Origin: Eremomyces bilateralis CBS 781.70
Lineage: Eukaryota
Strand: one strand, 5' to 3'
DNA: 49,845 nt
Assembly (NCBI GenBank): GCA_010015585.1
Contig: ML975166.1
The position numbers and the translations under genes were made by a program. Numbering within the stretch: the stretch's first letter is position 1; each line of letters opens with the position of its first letter. Positions 9,762-20,402 of the stretch are shown here, in pieces. The notes below the pieces were generated by a model. That model was not told the origin of the DNA. It saw nothing but the letters and a program-made list of their open reading frames with translations, and did not search any database.

Positions 9762-12700
9762 ATGGCACAATCACCAGGAGATACTGTCGATTCGGAAGGC
9801 CTCCGTGCCCGTCTGACCAACAATCCGGCCAAACCTCAGCTTGAAGCTTCTTCAAAATCCGCTAAGGATACGGTACAGAGCTTGAACCATGCCGAAGAAG
9901 AGAAGCCGGAGTCAGGACAACGGACATATGGGAGAACACCGAACGGAAAAGGCATGGGAACTGAGCACCGCATATATGCCTACGTATTAACCTCTCGCAG
10001 TATTCACCGTACCGCACACTCACGACATGGTCTCCCAACTCCTCTCTCCCACCCAACCGAAGAATCTTTCTGATGTCATCGTCCTCCTCATCCTAGCGAT
10101 CCACATCTCGGGCTTATACTTCCTTCCGCCAAGTCTCCAGGTCTTCGCATTCGGGACCCTTTTCGCATTCTGGAGACTCTCATACAATGCCGGTATCGGG
10201 TATTTACTGCACATTCAGTCCAACTACAAAGGTCTGGTGACATGGGCAAGACGGAGTGGCATCTTCGAGAACCCGTCCACGGGCAAAAACAAGCTCCCTT
10301 GGGCCTACGGCGTGTTGAAACGAGAATTCGAGACGAAGATCCCAAAGGATTACTCGTTCGAGGACGCTCCGATCGAGTACAACACGTGGCTGTTCTTCCG
10401 CAGGGTCGTCGATCTCATACTCATGTGTGACTTCGTGTCTTATTGTTTATTTGCGATGGCATGTGCCCACCTTCCAGACGAGTCCGTCCTCATGACCATC
10501 GGCCGCTGGACCGCGGGCGCCGCCCTGTTCCTCTTTAACCTTTGGGTCAAGCTGGATGCTCATCGTGTGGTCAAGGACTTTGCCTGGTACTGGGGGGACT
10601 TCTTCTTCCTGATCGACCAGGAGTTAACGTTCGATGGTGTCTTCGAAATCGCACCCCACCCAATGTACTCCATCGGCTACGCGGGATATTACGGCATCTC
10701 CCTGATGGCTGCGAGTTATAAAGTCCTTTTCATCTCCATCGCTGCTCATTCAGCACAGCTCGCATTCCTCGAATTCGTGGAAAATCCACATATTGAGAAG
10801 ACCTATAACCCGGTGGTTCCATCCATCGGCCGAGGTCTCGAAAAAGCGGCGGGCGGCGACGACATCGATAAATTGGACTCGGAGAGCGGAACCGGGACTG
10901 GCACGCCTGTACCGTCCGGCGGCTACCCTTCGTCGATTCACGGCTTGTTGGGCCTGAATAACGTGGATCTCCACCGAACAACGGATCTATCGGTTGGTTT
11001 GCTTCAGGTCTACCTGTTCCTATTTACCGTCCTCACGCCGTCGACACCCATATATCAAGCCGTGTTCGTCGTGAATGCGCTGATATGGCGGATTTGGTAC
11101 AGCTTCGGGATAGGGTACATCCTCAATCGCCAATCTCACAAAAAGAAGTGGACCCGGCATTTCATCAAATACGGGGACGGTATCGAGGAAGGCTGGCGAC
11201 AATGGAAGGGATTGTATCATATCAGCATGACCATGTTCTACGGCAGTTTCGTGGCGGCGGCATACAAGATGTACTCGCTTCCGCCGGATTGGACCTATGG
11301 ACTGGCTCTTCTTCGCCATGTCGTTGGTATTGCGCTCATCTCCCTCCAGTTCTGGACGGTCCACAGCATCTACGCATCCCTGGGCGAGTTTGGATGGTTC
11401 TTCGGGGACTTCTTTTTTGACCATGCGCCGAAGCTCACCTACAACGGCATATATCGCTATCTTAACAACCCCGAGCGAATCTTAGGGCTCGCCGGCATCT
11501 GGGGCCTTGCCCTCATCACCTGGAGTCGCGCGATTTTCCTTCTTGCGTTACTGTCGCACCTACTTGCAGTGGCATTCCTCGAGCTGGTCGAACGGCCTCA
11601 TATGCAAAAGCTGTACGGAGAAAGCATTCGAGAAGACTCCGGTATTTCTCGCAACATCAAGCGATCCTTGCCGAAGCAACTCCGCGACTGGCAGGGGAGC
11701 ATCGACCGTGCTTTGGGGGAGACATTCGAGATCGTCGAACACTTCCTCGAATCAACAAGTCCCCGCCTTGCGTCTGGCGTCGATGCTCTAGTCAAGGAAT
11801 CGACTACCAAATTAAAATCATATCCAGCAAAGATTCGCATTACCATGCAATCAATCGATCAATCACCTGACCAGCAGTACTATTCTTTATCCATTATAGA
11901 TACCCCTTCTAAATCGTCTGGCGAATTCGATCGTGGCAGTGGCCGCGAAGGTGAGCATGGGCGACGTCCGCAAGAGCATCGATCCAAATTCCGGCCGTTG
12001 ATATTTGAATACGGTGCCCCGATTAAAGTTCGATGGCAGGCGCCTAAATCACACCACAGAAAAGATTGGGTGGGACTCTACATGGTCAGCGACAACAGCT
12101 CCCGTGAGGTGACCCAAGTCAGCAGTCAGGGACGATGGGTGTCCGCGTGTCCTGGAGCATACGACGATAGTCGATCAGAGGATGGCATTCTAGTCAGCGA
12201 TGGTCCGATCGAGACCGAGGACATGATTGATCCCGACCTCATCTACGGCGAGATGGAATTCTCTGGCGACAAACTATGGTGGACGCCCGGCGTGTTCGAA
12301 TTTCGATTCCATCATGCTGGAAAGCACAATGTCATGGCCATCTCCTTTCCATTTGAAATCAAGGTCAGCAAGTTCGACGACGATAATGCCGAAGTCGATA
12401 GCAACGGCCAGATCCGCGGTTCCATTGAAGAAGCGTTGCTTTCCGTGGTACGGAATTGCTTCAACCGTGACCCTGATATTGCACCGAGAACGGTCGACGA
12501 AAGCTTTGGGAGTCTGATTGAGAGAGATGGCAAATATGCGAAACGAATCGTGTTCGCGGTGCAACGGATGTATGTCATTTCACAGAACTTGATCCGAATT
12601 CAGCCTTGGATTACTGACTTCATCACAGGTTCGGGATTGAATTTGCTCCCGAGGTGGTTAAAGCGGACGGTAATGTCAAGAACCTTGCGTGGAGGATATG

Positions 12701-12826
12701 TAATGCTAAAAACGTTCTGGTACGCAATATTCGTCCATGATCTGACTTGTCACTCACGCTCTACAGGCTCCGTACAGCATGTCCACATCACAGGGTCAGA
12801 GTACACCTAATGAGATAAAGTACTAG
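9762..12826 (+). CDS. CHO2: Phosphatidylethanolamine N-methyltransferase, 969 aa
   Basis: Exons 9762-9951, 10001-12569, 12629-12719, 12767-12826 (first intron GC-AG). [58 protein letters not shown], second PEMT repeat [22 protein letters not shown], and [21 protein letters not shown]. Confidence 0.95.
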
Positions 12827-12998
12827 TCGGTTGGGCGGAATCCGGTGTGGAGTAGTTATTCAAGCACCTCTCCAGAGTACATGAGACACAGCAGTCTTTT
12901 TTGCATTCTATTGTACCCGCACACAGGTCCATGTGCTTCGACAATGTGGACCACGCTTTGATGTATCTTGTCATTGATAGTTGAGTCACGGATATACC

Positions 12999-14729
12999 TC
13001 ATCCAGACTTCGCACTCGTTTGTCTGGTCTTCTCGGGGCCATTATTCTTCAGCCACTTTCTTGCCAGAACACCTTCTGGGAACCACTGTTCCGCCTTAGC
13101 TGCATGCTTCATGCTTTGGTATGCAACGCATTTCGCGCCAGCTTTGGCAGCTATCCTCCCAATATAGTAATGGCATTTCTGTTCATATTGGGGGAATCCG
13201 AGTCTGTTCGCTTGTTTGAGGGCTTCCCCCGCGTGAGTTACTGCGTCGTCATCATCGTTCAAGATGATACACATGTTGGTGAGGTTGTTCAGACTCCAGA
13301 TCGTGGCTTCGATCTGCACTTCGGGGAATGCTGGAAGAGCAGTTCGTTAGCTGACGATTTCGTGAACTAGGGGAGGCGACGCCGTACTGCTGAAAACAAA
13401 ATAATTACTCCCTTCTCCGCTATAGACCGGTTTCTTCGGCTCTGTCTTCACCCACCCGTACAATCGCATTCTTAACTCATGCTTTTCCCGTAGCTCCTTC
13501 TTGTGCGCTTCTTCATTGTAGTCTAATATTCCCTCCGAGTTATCCGGTTCGAGATCGAAGTCTGCTTCACCGGGACGTTCTTCTCTCGCTAGGAGGGGAA
13601 GTCTCATCAATATCGCCTTTATAGTCCCAAGCTCTCTATGACCGTGTGTGTTCTCCTTGGCTTTCGGTATAATCTCATCTTCGGAACTGGAGCTGCCGCT
13701 TCCACCTCCAACCCGAATAAAGGTATCTTTTGTCTCTTGGATGATCTTGTCGGTCTTCATCAATGGTTTATCATCGATTCCCCGCCTTTTATCTCCAGCG
13801 GTTGAGCTTTTTGTCCTAACCCTTTTAGACTCCTGACCTTTTATTTCGTATCGCGGTGGCTCAAGAACCACACCGCTTTGAGGTCCAACGTTCGTGTCGA
13901 GTGTCAGTCTGGGCTTGCTATCCATAGTTCTCGAACCCACGGGAACGATTCGCTTTGAGGCCTCCCCTGAATCCAAAGACCTAATGCCTGTACGGCTTGC
14001 TTTCACATTTAGTCTCTGTGTCACCCCCATTTCCCTGCTGGACTTTGCCTTGTCAAGACGCGTCGCAAACTCGCTAATACTCATGGCTTCTTGCACTGGG
14101 CCTATAGTAGATTTCTCATTCGCTCTGGGGTTCTTTGCAAGCGTGGAGATTCTTGGATCTGTTCCTTCTGCTCGAATGGGTCGGGGTAGGCCTGTTGCTC
14201 TCTGGTTTGATTCGGGTTTTGTTTCGGCACTAGCACTTCCTGGACCTGATTCTTCTGCTCGAATACGTTGGGTTACGCCTGTTGCTCGTTGTTTTGATTT
14301 GGACTTCGTTTCGGTGTTGAAACTTCCTTTGCTGTTCCTGATGCCACTCTGTTGGTGTTTCTCGGGTCCCTTGGTCAACGTAGATTTGAGTTTCGTTTCG
14401 GTACTGGCACTTCCTTTGCCATTCTCTATGCCAGTGTACCGTTGTTTCTCAGGTCTCCTGATCAACCTCGCGTCGCTTTTTTGGTTCTCTCTGTCACCGC
14501 GCTCGCCAAGATCCTCTTTCATAGCCCTGTTAACGCCACTCCCCGTGCCATCATCGGCCTGGGATCTTCCGATCCCCCCCGAGGAGCGTTTCGACGTATT
14601 ATGCTTATCCGCGTCGGTAGATGGTTCCCCAAGGCGGCAAAGAACCCCAACGCTTGGGAGTTGTTTCGACGGGTCAGTGGCAGCAAGATTCTCGTCGTCC
14701 ATCCGTGCGCCTTCCATCGCTGTGTCCAT
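12999..14729 (-). CDS. Hypothetical protein, ~557 aa: long low-complexity N-terminus with 29-aa degenerate repeats and a helical (TPR-like) C-terminal segment
   Basis: ORFs 14729-13347 and 13319-12999 join in frame through intron 13387-13331 (GTACGG..GCTAAC..CCAG), giving FSTFPEVQIEATIW. C-terminal segment AVTHAGEALKQA...KCHYYIGRIA is helical-repeat-like. Confidence 0.6.
14165..14455. repeat. Degenerate 87-nt (29-codon) coding tandem repeat, ~3.3 units
   Basis: GTTTCGG at 14221, 14308 and 14395; CTTCTGCTCGAAT at 14165 and 14252 (period 87). Confidence 0.8.
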
Positions 14730-15161
14730 CGCTGTGTTAAAAGGAATCCGAGGTCGGCCTGGAAAGAAGAACCATATTCTGAAACGGGTTCGGCATGTGC
14801 GCGCGAAAAGCTATATACTTCTAAAACCAATGCTGGCGGATACTGTTCAAACATATCCAGTGGCTGTTGTGAGCATGATGAAAGAAGATTTCTTCTAGGT
14901 TCAAATAGAAGGGCATCCTTGTCCGGTCACAATAGGACAACGCACATTCCAGGACACAAAGGATTCAACGGATACACGTGAATAGCATTCAAGACGTGAG
15001 GTTACTTGGATGAACTCTATTCTATGCCTCTTCAAAGGATTTGATTGCAAGCCAGAAAATTATCTGACCGAGAACCGGACCTGTTCCGGATAAAAGTCCA
15101 TCCCTAACAGATTTCCGTACCTGTCTATTCATGAAAAATTTCCTGCGCCAGATGTAATAAG

Positions 15162-16998
15162 TCAGTCCCGCATGAAAAGTCTGTATATCTCATCATCGGT
15201 GACCTCCACAAATGGATATCGAATTTCCTTCAGGAACTTTTGCAAACCGTCGTCTTCCGGAGACGGACATTGCACGCCTGCAAGGATCTGAGCCACATCA
15301 CCACCTTGGTTTCGATAATGGAAAAGGCTGATATTGAAGCCTGGCTGGAGCGTTTGAAGGAATTTATGCAGCGCTCCGCGACGCTCGGGGAATTGGAACA
15401 TGTATAACCTCTCATCCACGACTCCTGAACGACCGCCAACCAAGTAGCGAATGTGTGATTTGGCCAGCTCGTTTGTAGAACAGTCCCGAGCGGTCATGTC
15501 GGCAGCGGCTATGCGTTGAAGCAGGGCTCCCAGGTCTGATTCTCGAGCTTCAGCGGAAGAGCCAAACTCAACCCCCATGAGAACGTGAGCTTCGGCTGGG
15601 GTGGAGAATCGGTAGCGAAACTCGGAGATAATCGTCTCAGGGCCAACGCAGTCCACAAGCTTTGCAAACGATCCGGGCCGTTCTGGAATGGTGACTGCAA
15701 GGAGCGCCTCCTTCTTTTCGCCCAACTTGGCGCGCTCGGCGACGAATCTCAACCGGTCGAAATCCATGTTGGCACCCGACGCGATCGCCACCAATGATCT
15801 ACTAGTGTCCGGCGAAGGATTGTTCGCCACATACTTCTTGAGCCCGGCTATCGCCAGTGCACCGGCCGGTTCTAGGATGCTGCGAGTATCCTCGAATACG
15901 TCCTTGATCGCAGCACAGGTTTGGTCGGTATCGACCAGGATGATGTCGTCGACCACTTCGGACGCAATGCGAAACGTCTCTTCCCCAACGGTTTTGACAG
16001 CAGCTCCATCGGCAAACATACCGACCTCTTCTAGTACTACCCGTTCGCCTTTTTGAAGTGATGATACCATGGCATTGGCATCATAGGTCTCGACGCCAAT
16101 GATCTTCACCTGCGGTGCGATGCGCTTCACGTAGGCCCCTATGCCCGAAATGAGACCGCCACCACCAATGCAGCAGAATATTGCCTCCAGTTTCGTCAGG
16201 TCTGTTTGCCGTAACAGCTCCATGCCTATTGTGCCTTGTCCGGCTATCACGTACGGATCGTCGAATGGTGGGATGTTCAAGAGACCGTGTGTACGTTCGA
16301 GACGCGCTGCCTCTTCTTTTGCTGCGTCAAAGTCTGCCCCGTGAAGGACTACACACCCTCCAAGTCGAGCGACATTCAGATGTTTAATGGTAGGGGTCCC
16401 CGCGGGCATCACGATAGTCGCTGGGATCTTCAGGTGGCGGGCAGACATGGCAACACCTTGCGCATGATTTCCTACAATACAGTCAGCAAATTGGATGTAT
16501 TTCTCCGACTACGGATTGGCGTCTTACCGGCTGAGCATGCCACGACGCCTTTCCACCGTTCGCGTGGCGGTAAGTGAGCCATCTTGTTGTACGCACCGCG
16601 CAGCTTGAAGCTGAACACGGGCTGCAAGTCTTCACGCTTGAGCAGTACATTGCATTGAAGTCTGTTGCTCAAATTCAATGCTGTTGTAAGAGGGGTTTCG
16701 GTCTTCACAATCTCATAGACTTTCGAGGTGAGGATGAGACGAAGGTACTACGTCACTGTCAGCCGTCAGTCGGAATTTAAAAGCAAACCGAGTGGGTAAA
16801 GGGGATATAATTTACATCGGGATGCCCGTTCGGTAGTATGAAGGCGTCTGGAATGCTCTTTTGAGCCTTTGTCTTCGGAGACTCAGAGGGGGGGGAGGGG
16901 TTGGCGGTATACTCGGTCAGAGCCAGGCCGGAGAACTTAGGAGTGGCAGGCGTTGAGGTGCCATTGACCTGGGTATCGGGCGTTACTGGCCTATCCAT
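15162..16998 (-). CDS. ILV1: Threonine dehydratase, biosynthetic (PLP-dependent), 570 aa
   Basis: Exons 16998-16816, 16747-16528, 16471-15162. [19 protein letters not shown] (PLP lysine), [31 protein letters not shown]; two C-terminal ACT-like repeats ([16 protein letters not shown]). Confidence 0.96.
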
Positions 16999-17072
16999 CC
17001 CGCAGTGATAGTTATCCCATGTGTATGCTGGTACTATCTACCGCAACGGAAGGAATATATTTATTTGTGCGG

Positions 17073-17079
17073 TGAGTCA
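17073..17079 (-). promoter_or_regulatory. Gcn4/CpcA (cross-pathway control) element TGACTCA upstream of ILV1
   Basis: Plus-strand TGAGTCA at 17073-17079, 75 nt upstream of the ILV1 ATG and just distal to an AT-rich TATA-like stretch (17054-17066). Confidence 0.6.
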
Positions 17080-17398
17080 GTCCGACATCGCGCATTGGAT
17101 GACGAGTGACATGGACTGAGAACCAAATTATATTGCAGCCTGAGGCACACACCCTCTTTCACTACCTTGAGAATATAGACAGAAAAGAGAACGGAGACAT
17201 GATTCACCATTGATTGTCATCACTTTTTGTTCCCCAAGGTATTAAACAATCGTCTTATCCGGCCGAACATTGCAGACATCTCCCTTGTCTGGGTCAAAAT
17301 AAACCACATCTGCTCACCATGCATGACCTCCCCGCGTCACCAACAAGCCGATCATCAACCCGACAGGATGTAAAACCCTCTCAATCACCGACCGAACG

Positions 17399-19909
17399 AT
17401 GACAGACATAAGTGAAGGCACTGGCAGAGACGGCCACAGAGGACCTGGAATTCCCAGATCGATTTTTAATGGCGGGATCGTGGAGAAGATTGAGGCTCCG
17501 TCGCCAACAAACACTGCGAGCACATCCTTTTCCTCAGTCGAACCACGGGTAGACGCAAATGGCAGCGACGTATCCGATCTTGAGGACGAAGAGCTCGATG
17601 GTGAATCATATCGCGAGCTCTATGATGAGCGACCAAATAAATTCGTGGGACACCCAAACACATACAGACGGTGGATTGCGCCAGAGCGAGCGGTCGTAGA
17701 TGCCCTGGGTGTACAACAGGCCAACAATCTGGGTCTTCACCTTTATTGTGTCGAGAAGCTTAGGAAGTTCATACTATATAGAGCACGCAGTGCCCTGGAC
17801 AGTGGAAGGATAAAGAAGAGACGGAGAAATAAACGCGGTAGTGCCGATGGTCGCCAACTCGATCCTGTCCTTGAAGAACTCTCGCTCTCGGACTTCAAAC
17901 CAACGTATCCGCACTCCGAATCTGCTGGGGATGCCCAAATCTCAACACATCTTGGCCCTGACGCCAAAGACCTTCCAGAAGTCTGGCTACCACCAGATTC
18001 TTGGACCACTTGGCCACTAAAGGTCGGTCAAGTGCCGAACGAGAATGATACATTCGAGGCACATCGGCACACAGAACAGGATGGGCTGCTCGCGACTCCC
18101 AATAATACGGGCCATGCGGTGCCGAGCATGTGGATGCATGAGCTTCTTACCAGCTTGATTTTAAGGAATGCAAGATGCCTTGCGAACGAACGGCCTCGTC
18201 ATCGCCGGCATCAATCGATGCAGCCACGGAAGCGCAAGCCGAGAAAGCCTAAAATCAATGACAAGGGGTCCGAGGAGGATGCCGCTTCAGAGACCGATGT
18301 CAGCTCCAAGTCTGAAATCTCCAGACCGCGGCTAAAGGTCAAATTTCAGTATAAACCTGGGGACGTGAAGGAGAAGAGATATTTTCCGGTTCTTCTCGAA
18401 GATGAAGACGCCATCCAGAAAGTTGTTACACCGACTATTAGGTCGATTCTATCCGGACTTGATCGCTTACTCGTCTGTTCTGTCGATAGTGAGCACCGGG
18501 GACAGTTGCTCAAGAGGCTCGAACACCCGGTGTATTCATCTTCTTCGGAGGATGAACATGAATTGAGAAGCCAGACAAATCAGAAACAGGGCACTACCAG
18601 CGGAGCTATTACAGAGGTTCGGGAATCGTCCTCACAACTTGGCATTGACCCTTCGGCTTCTGACAATCAAGAACCGGCGAAGAGGAAGAGGGGTAGGCCG
18701 CCATCGAGCGTCCCCTCAGCCAACGAAGATTCTCCGGAGAGCGAATCCGCAGCTTCAACGAAGACACGACGAGGACGACCGCGAAGTGTGACCCGTATCA
18801 ACGGCGAGAGTTACTACATGGCTCGTAAAAGGCGACAGTCACAGGAACCTTATGCAGAACGAGAAGAATCAAGAGCACCTTCTCGGGGCGCCCCATACCC
18901 CTCTAAAAGAATGCGTACGGAAACGACGGGAGGCGTTACTATGGGCCTGGATCCGGTATCCACGGCTTCCATCAATCAATCAAGTTTTCGATTCGGTCCC
19001 AGCGTAGACTCTTCCGGGTTCAAAGTGCAGAAGCTGCAATCCAAGCCCATGGATTGGAGGGCTATCCTTGGACGCGCAGCGCTCCTTGGTTGGAATAGCA
19101 CTGTTCTGGATCGAGCAACTCAAAGATGCGTGGATTTGTTCAACGAGCCGATGGCGTTTGACGTTACGCTGTCCGGATCTGCAACAGAACAGCCCGTCAA
19201 TGTCGTCTTTCCCACTTCGCGAAAAACCCCAAAGTCCCCATCGATCGCCAATGCATCCGCTTCCCGTCGACCCAAACCGACTTTCAAGCCGTATTGGGAC
19301 GGTGACCAGTTGTTTTGTCCAATGCCCACCTGTTCTCGCCATTGGGAGAAGTTCGAGACCACCCGTCAGTTGACTCATCACTGCCGCAAGGTTCACAGGT
19401 TTGAGCCACAACCAGAAGCGGTGGCTAGGAAGGCAGAATCAAAAAGAAGCTGCAGGAGAAAGAAAGCCGAAAGCTCTGAAGGCCGTCGGTCTCGATCCAG
19501 GTCGCAGTCTCGGGCATCTCTCGCTAGCGACTCCCCACATTTTGACATGTTCATCGGTGGTGTCAGAAGTGATGGTTTTCTAGGAACAATAGACCGCGAA
19601 AGAGGATGGCATACCCAGGAGATTTGGGATGACATGGGCCATGACGATTCTAACGATAATCCTCCTACAGGGGGTCGGGATGAGGACGAAACGGAAGATG
19701 ATGGTGACAACGATATTTGTAGCGAAAGGAGTACAGTTGCTGGAGCTTTACCGCCGGATGACTCGAGCAGCAGTAACCCATTGGAATTTTCTAGCATTCC
19801 CCCTGGATCCGGCCGACCATCATCAGGTTACAGGCCGGTGCAGGATTCCAACAACGCCGGTTTATCCGCTACCACAGGCTATTCCGATGACGATGAAGAC
19901 GAACTGTAA
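17399..19909 (+). CDS. Rrn9-domain protein (RNA polymerase I upstream activation factor-like) with AT-hooks and a C2H2-like finger, 836 aa
   Basis: RPNKFVGHPNTYRRW..ERAV...L.....NLGLHLY and WTTWPL resemble the fungal Rrn9 domain. AT-hooks KRKRGRP and RRGRPR; finger CPMPTC..(F)..L..H...H. Confidence 0.72.
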   Translation: MTDISEGTGRDGHRGPGIPRSIFNGGIVEKIEAPSPTNTASTSFSSVEPRVDANGSDVSDLEDEELDGESYRELYDERPNKFVGHPNTYRRWIAPERAVVDALGVQQANNLGLHLYCVEKLRKFILYRARSALDSGRIKKRRRNKRGSADGRQLDPVLEELSLSDFKPTYPHSESAGDAQISTHLGPDAKDLPEVWLPPDSWTTWPLKVGQVPNENDTFEAHRHTEQDGLLATPNNTGHAVPSMWMHELLTSLILRNARCLANERPRHRRHQSMQPRKRKPRKPKINDKGSEEDAASETDVSSKSEISRPRLKVKFQYKPGDVKEKRYFPVLLEDEDAIQKVVTPTIRSILSGLDRLLVCSVDSEHRGQLLKRLEHPVYSSSSEDEHELRSQTNQKQGTTSGAITEVRESSSQLGIDPSASDNQEPAKRKRGRPPSSVPSANEDSPESESAASTKTRRGRPRSVTRINGESYYMARKRRQSQEPYAEREESRAPSRGAPYPSKRMRTETTGGVTMGLDPVSTASINQSSFRFGPSVDSSGFKVQKLQSKPMDWRAILGRAALLGWNSTVLDRATQRCVDLFNEPMAFDVTLSGSATEQPVNVVFPTSRKTPKSPSIANASASRRPKPTFKPYWDGDQLFCPMPTCSRHWEKFETTRQLTHHCRKVHRFEPQPEAVARKAESKRSCRRKKAESSEGRRSRSRSQSRASLASDSPHFDMFIGGVRSDGFLGTIDRERGWHTQEIWDDMGHDDSNDNPPTGGRDEDETEDDGDNDICSERSTVAGALPPDDSSSSNPLEFSSIPPGSGRPSSGYRPVQDSNNAGLSATTGYSDDDEDEL

Positions 19910-20402
19910 CTCCATGGCGTAAGGAAGGCACCCCGTTTTAGTTGTAAGAAGTCATGTTGCCGAAGCAATTAGCATTATACCCTCTTCTATATCCTTAACT
20001 AATTTCGGCTTCGACCTTAATCTCGCGCCGTTCAGTCTTCACACTGCCGCCACATGTCAATGATGATCTGAATTTCTTGCTCCGAAGCATTGGCCCGCGT
20101 TTTGTGATGCATTTTCCAAAGAGGCTTGGCTCCTGTCTGTTGTCAAGTCAACGACAGCAAATAAACCACCTGATCTCCTAACACTGGCGTCAAATCAGGG
20201 GTTCTCCTTCGATGCCCTGTCTCTGTTATCAAGTACAGGAGGCTCTGTACTTTCGTCATACGCATTCTTTCTCCGTTGTAGAGTTGGCATAAGATTGCAA
20301 GTGGATATCTGATTGTACTTCGACTCCATCCATGAAATGATCCCCATTCAAGGCTCATGCGGTCGCGTTGGCGAGAGTCTACCCCTCAACACGGTCTCCA
20401 TT

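Noticed and set aside
13894..14898. 334-aa plus-strand ORF
   Set aside because: Antisense shadow of the minus-strand gene, which has a valid intron and a coherent repeat translation.
20060..20175. ATGATGA...CTGA resembling a box C/D snoRNA
   Set aside because: No terminal stem and no guide sequence I could match to rRNA.
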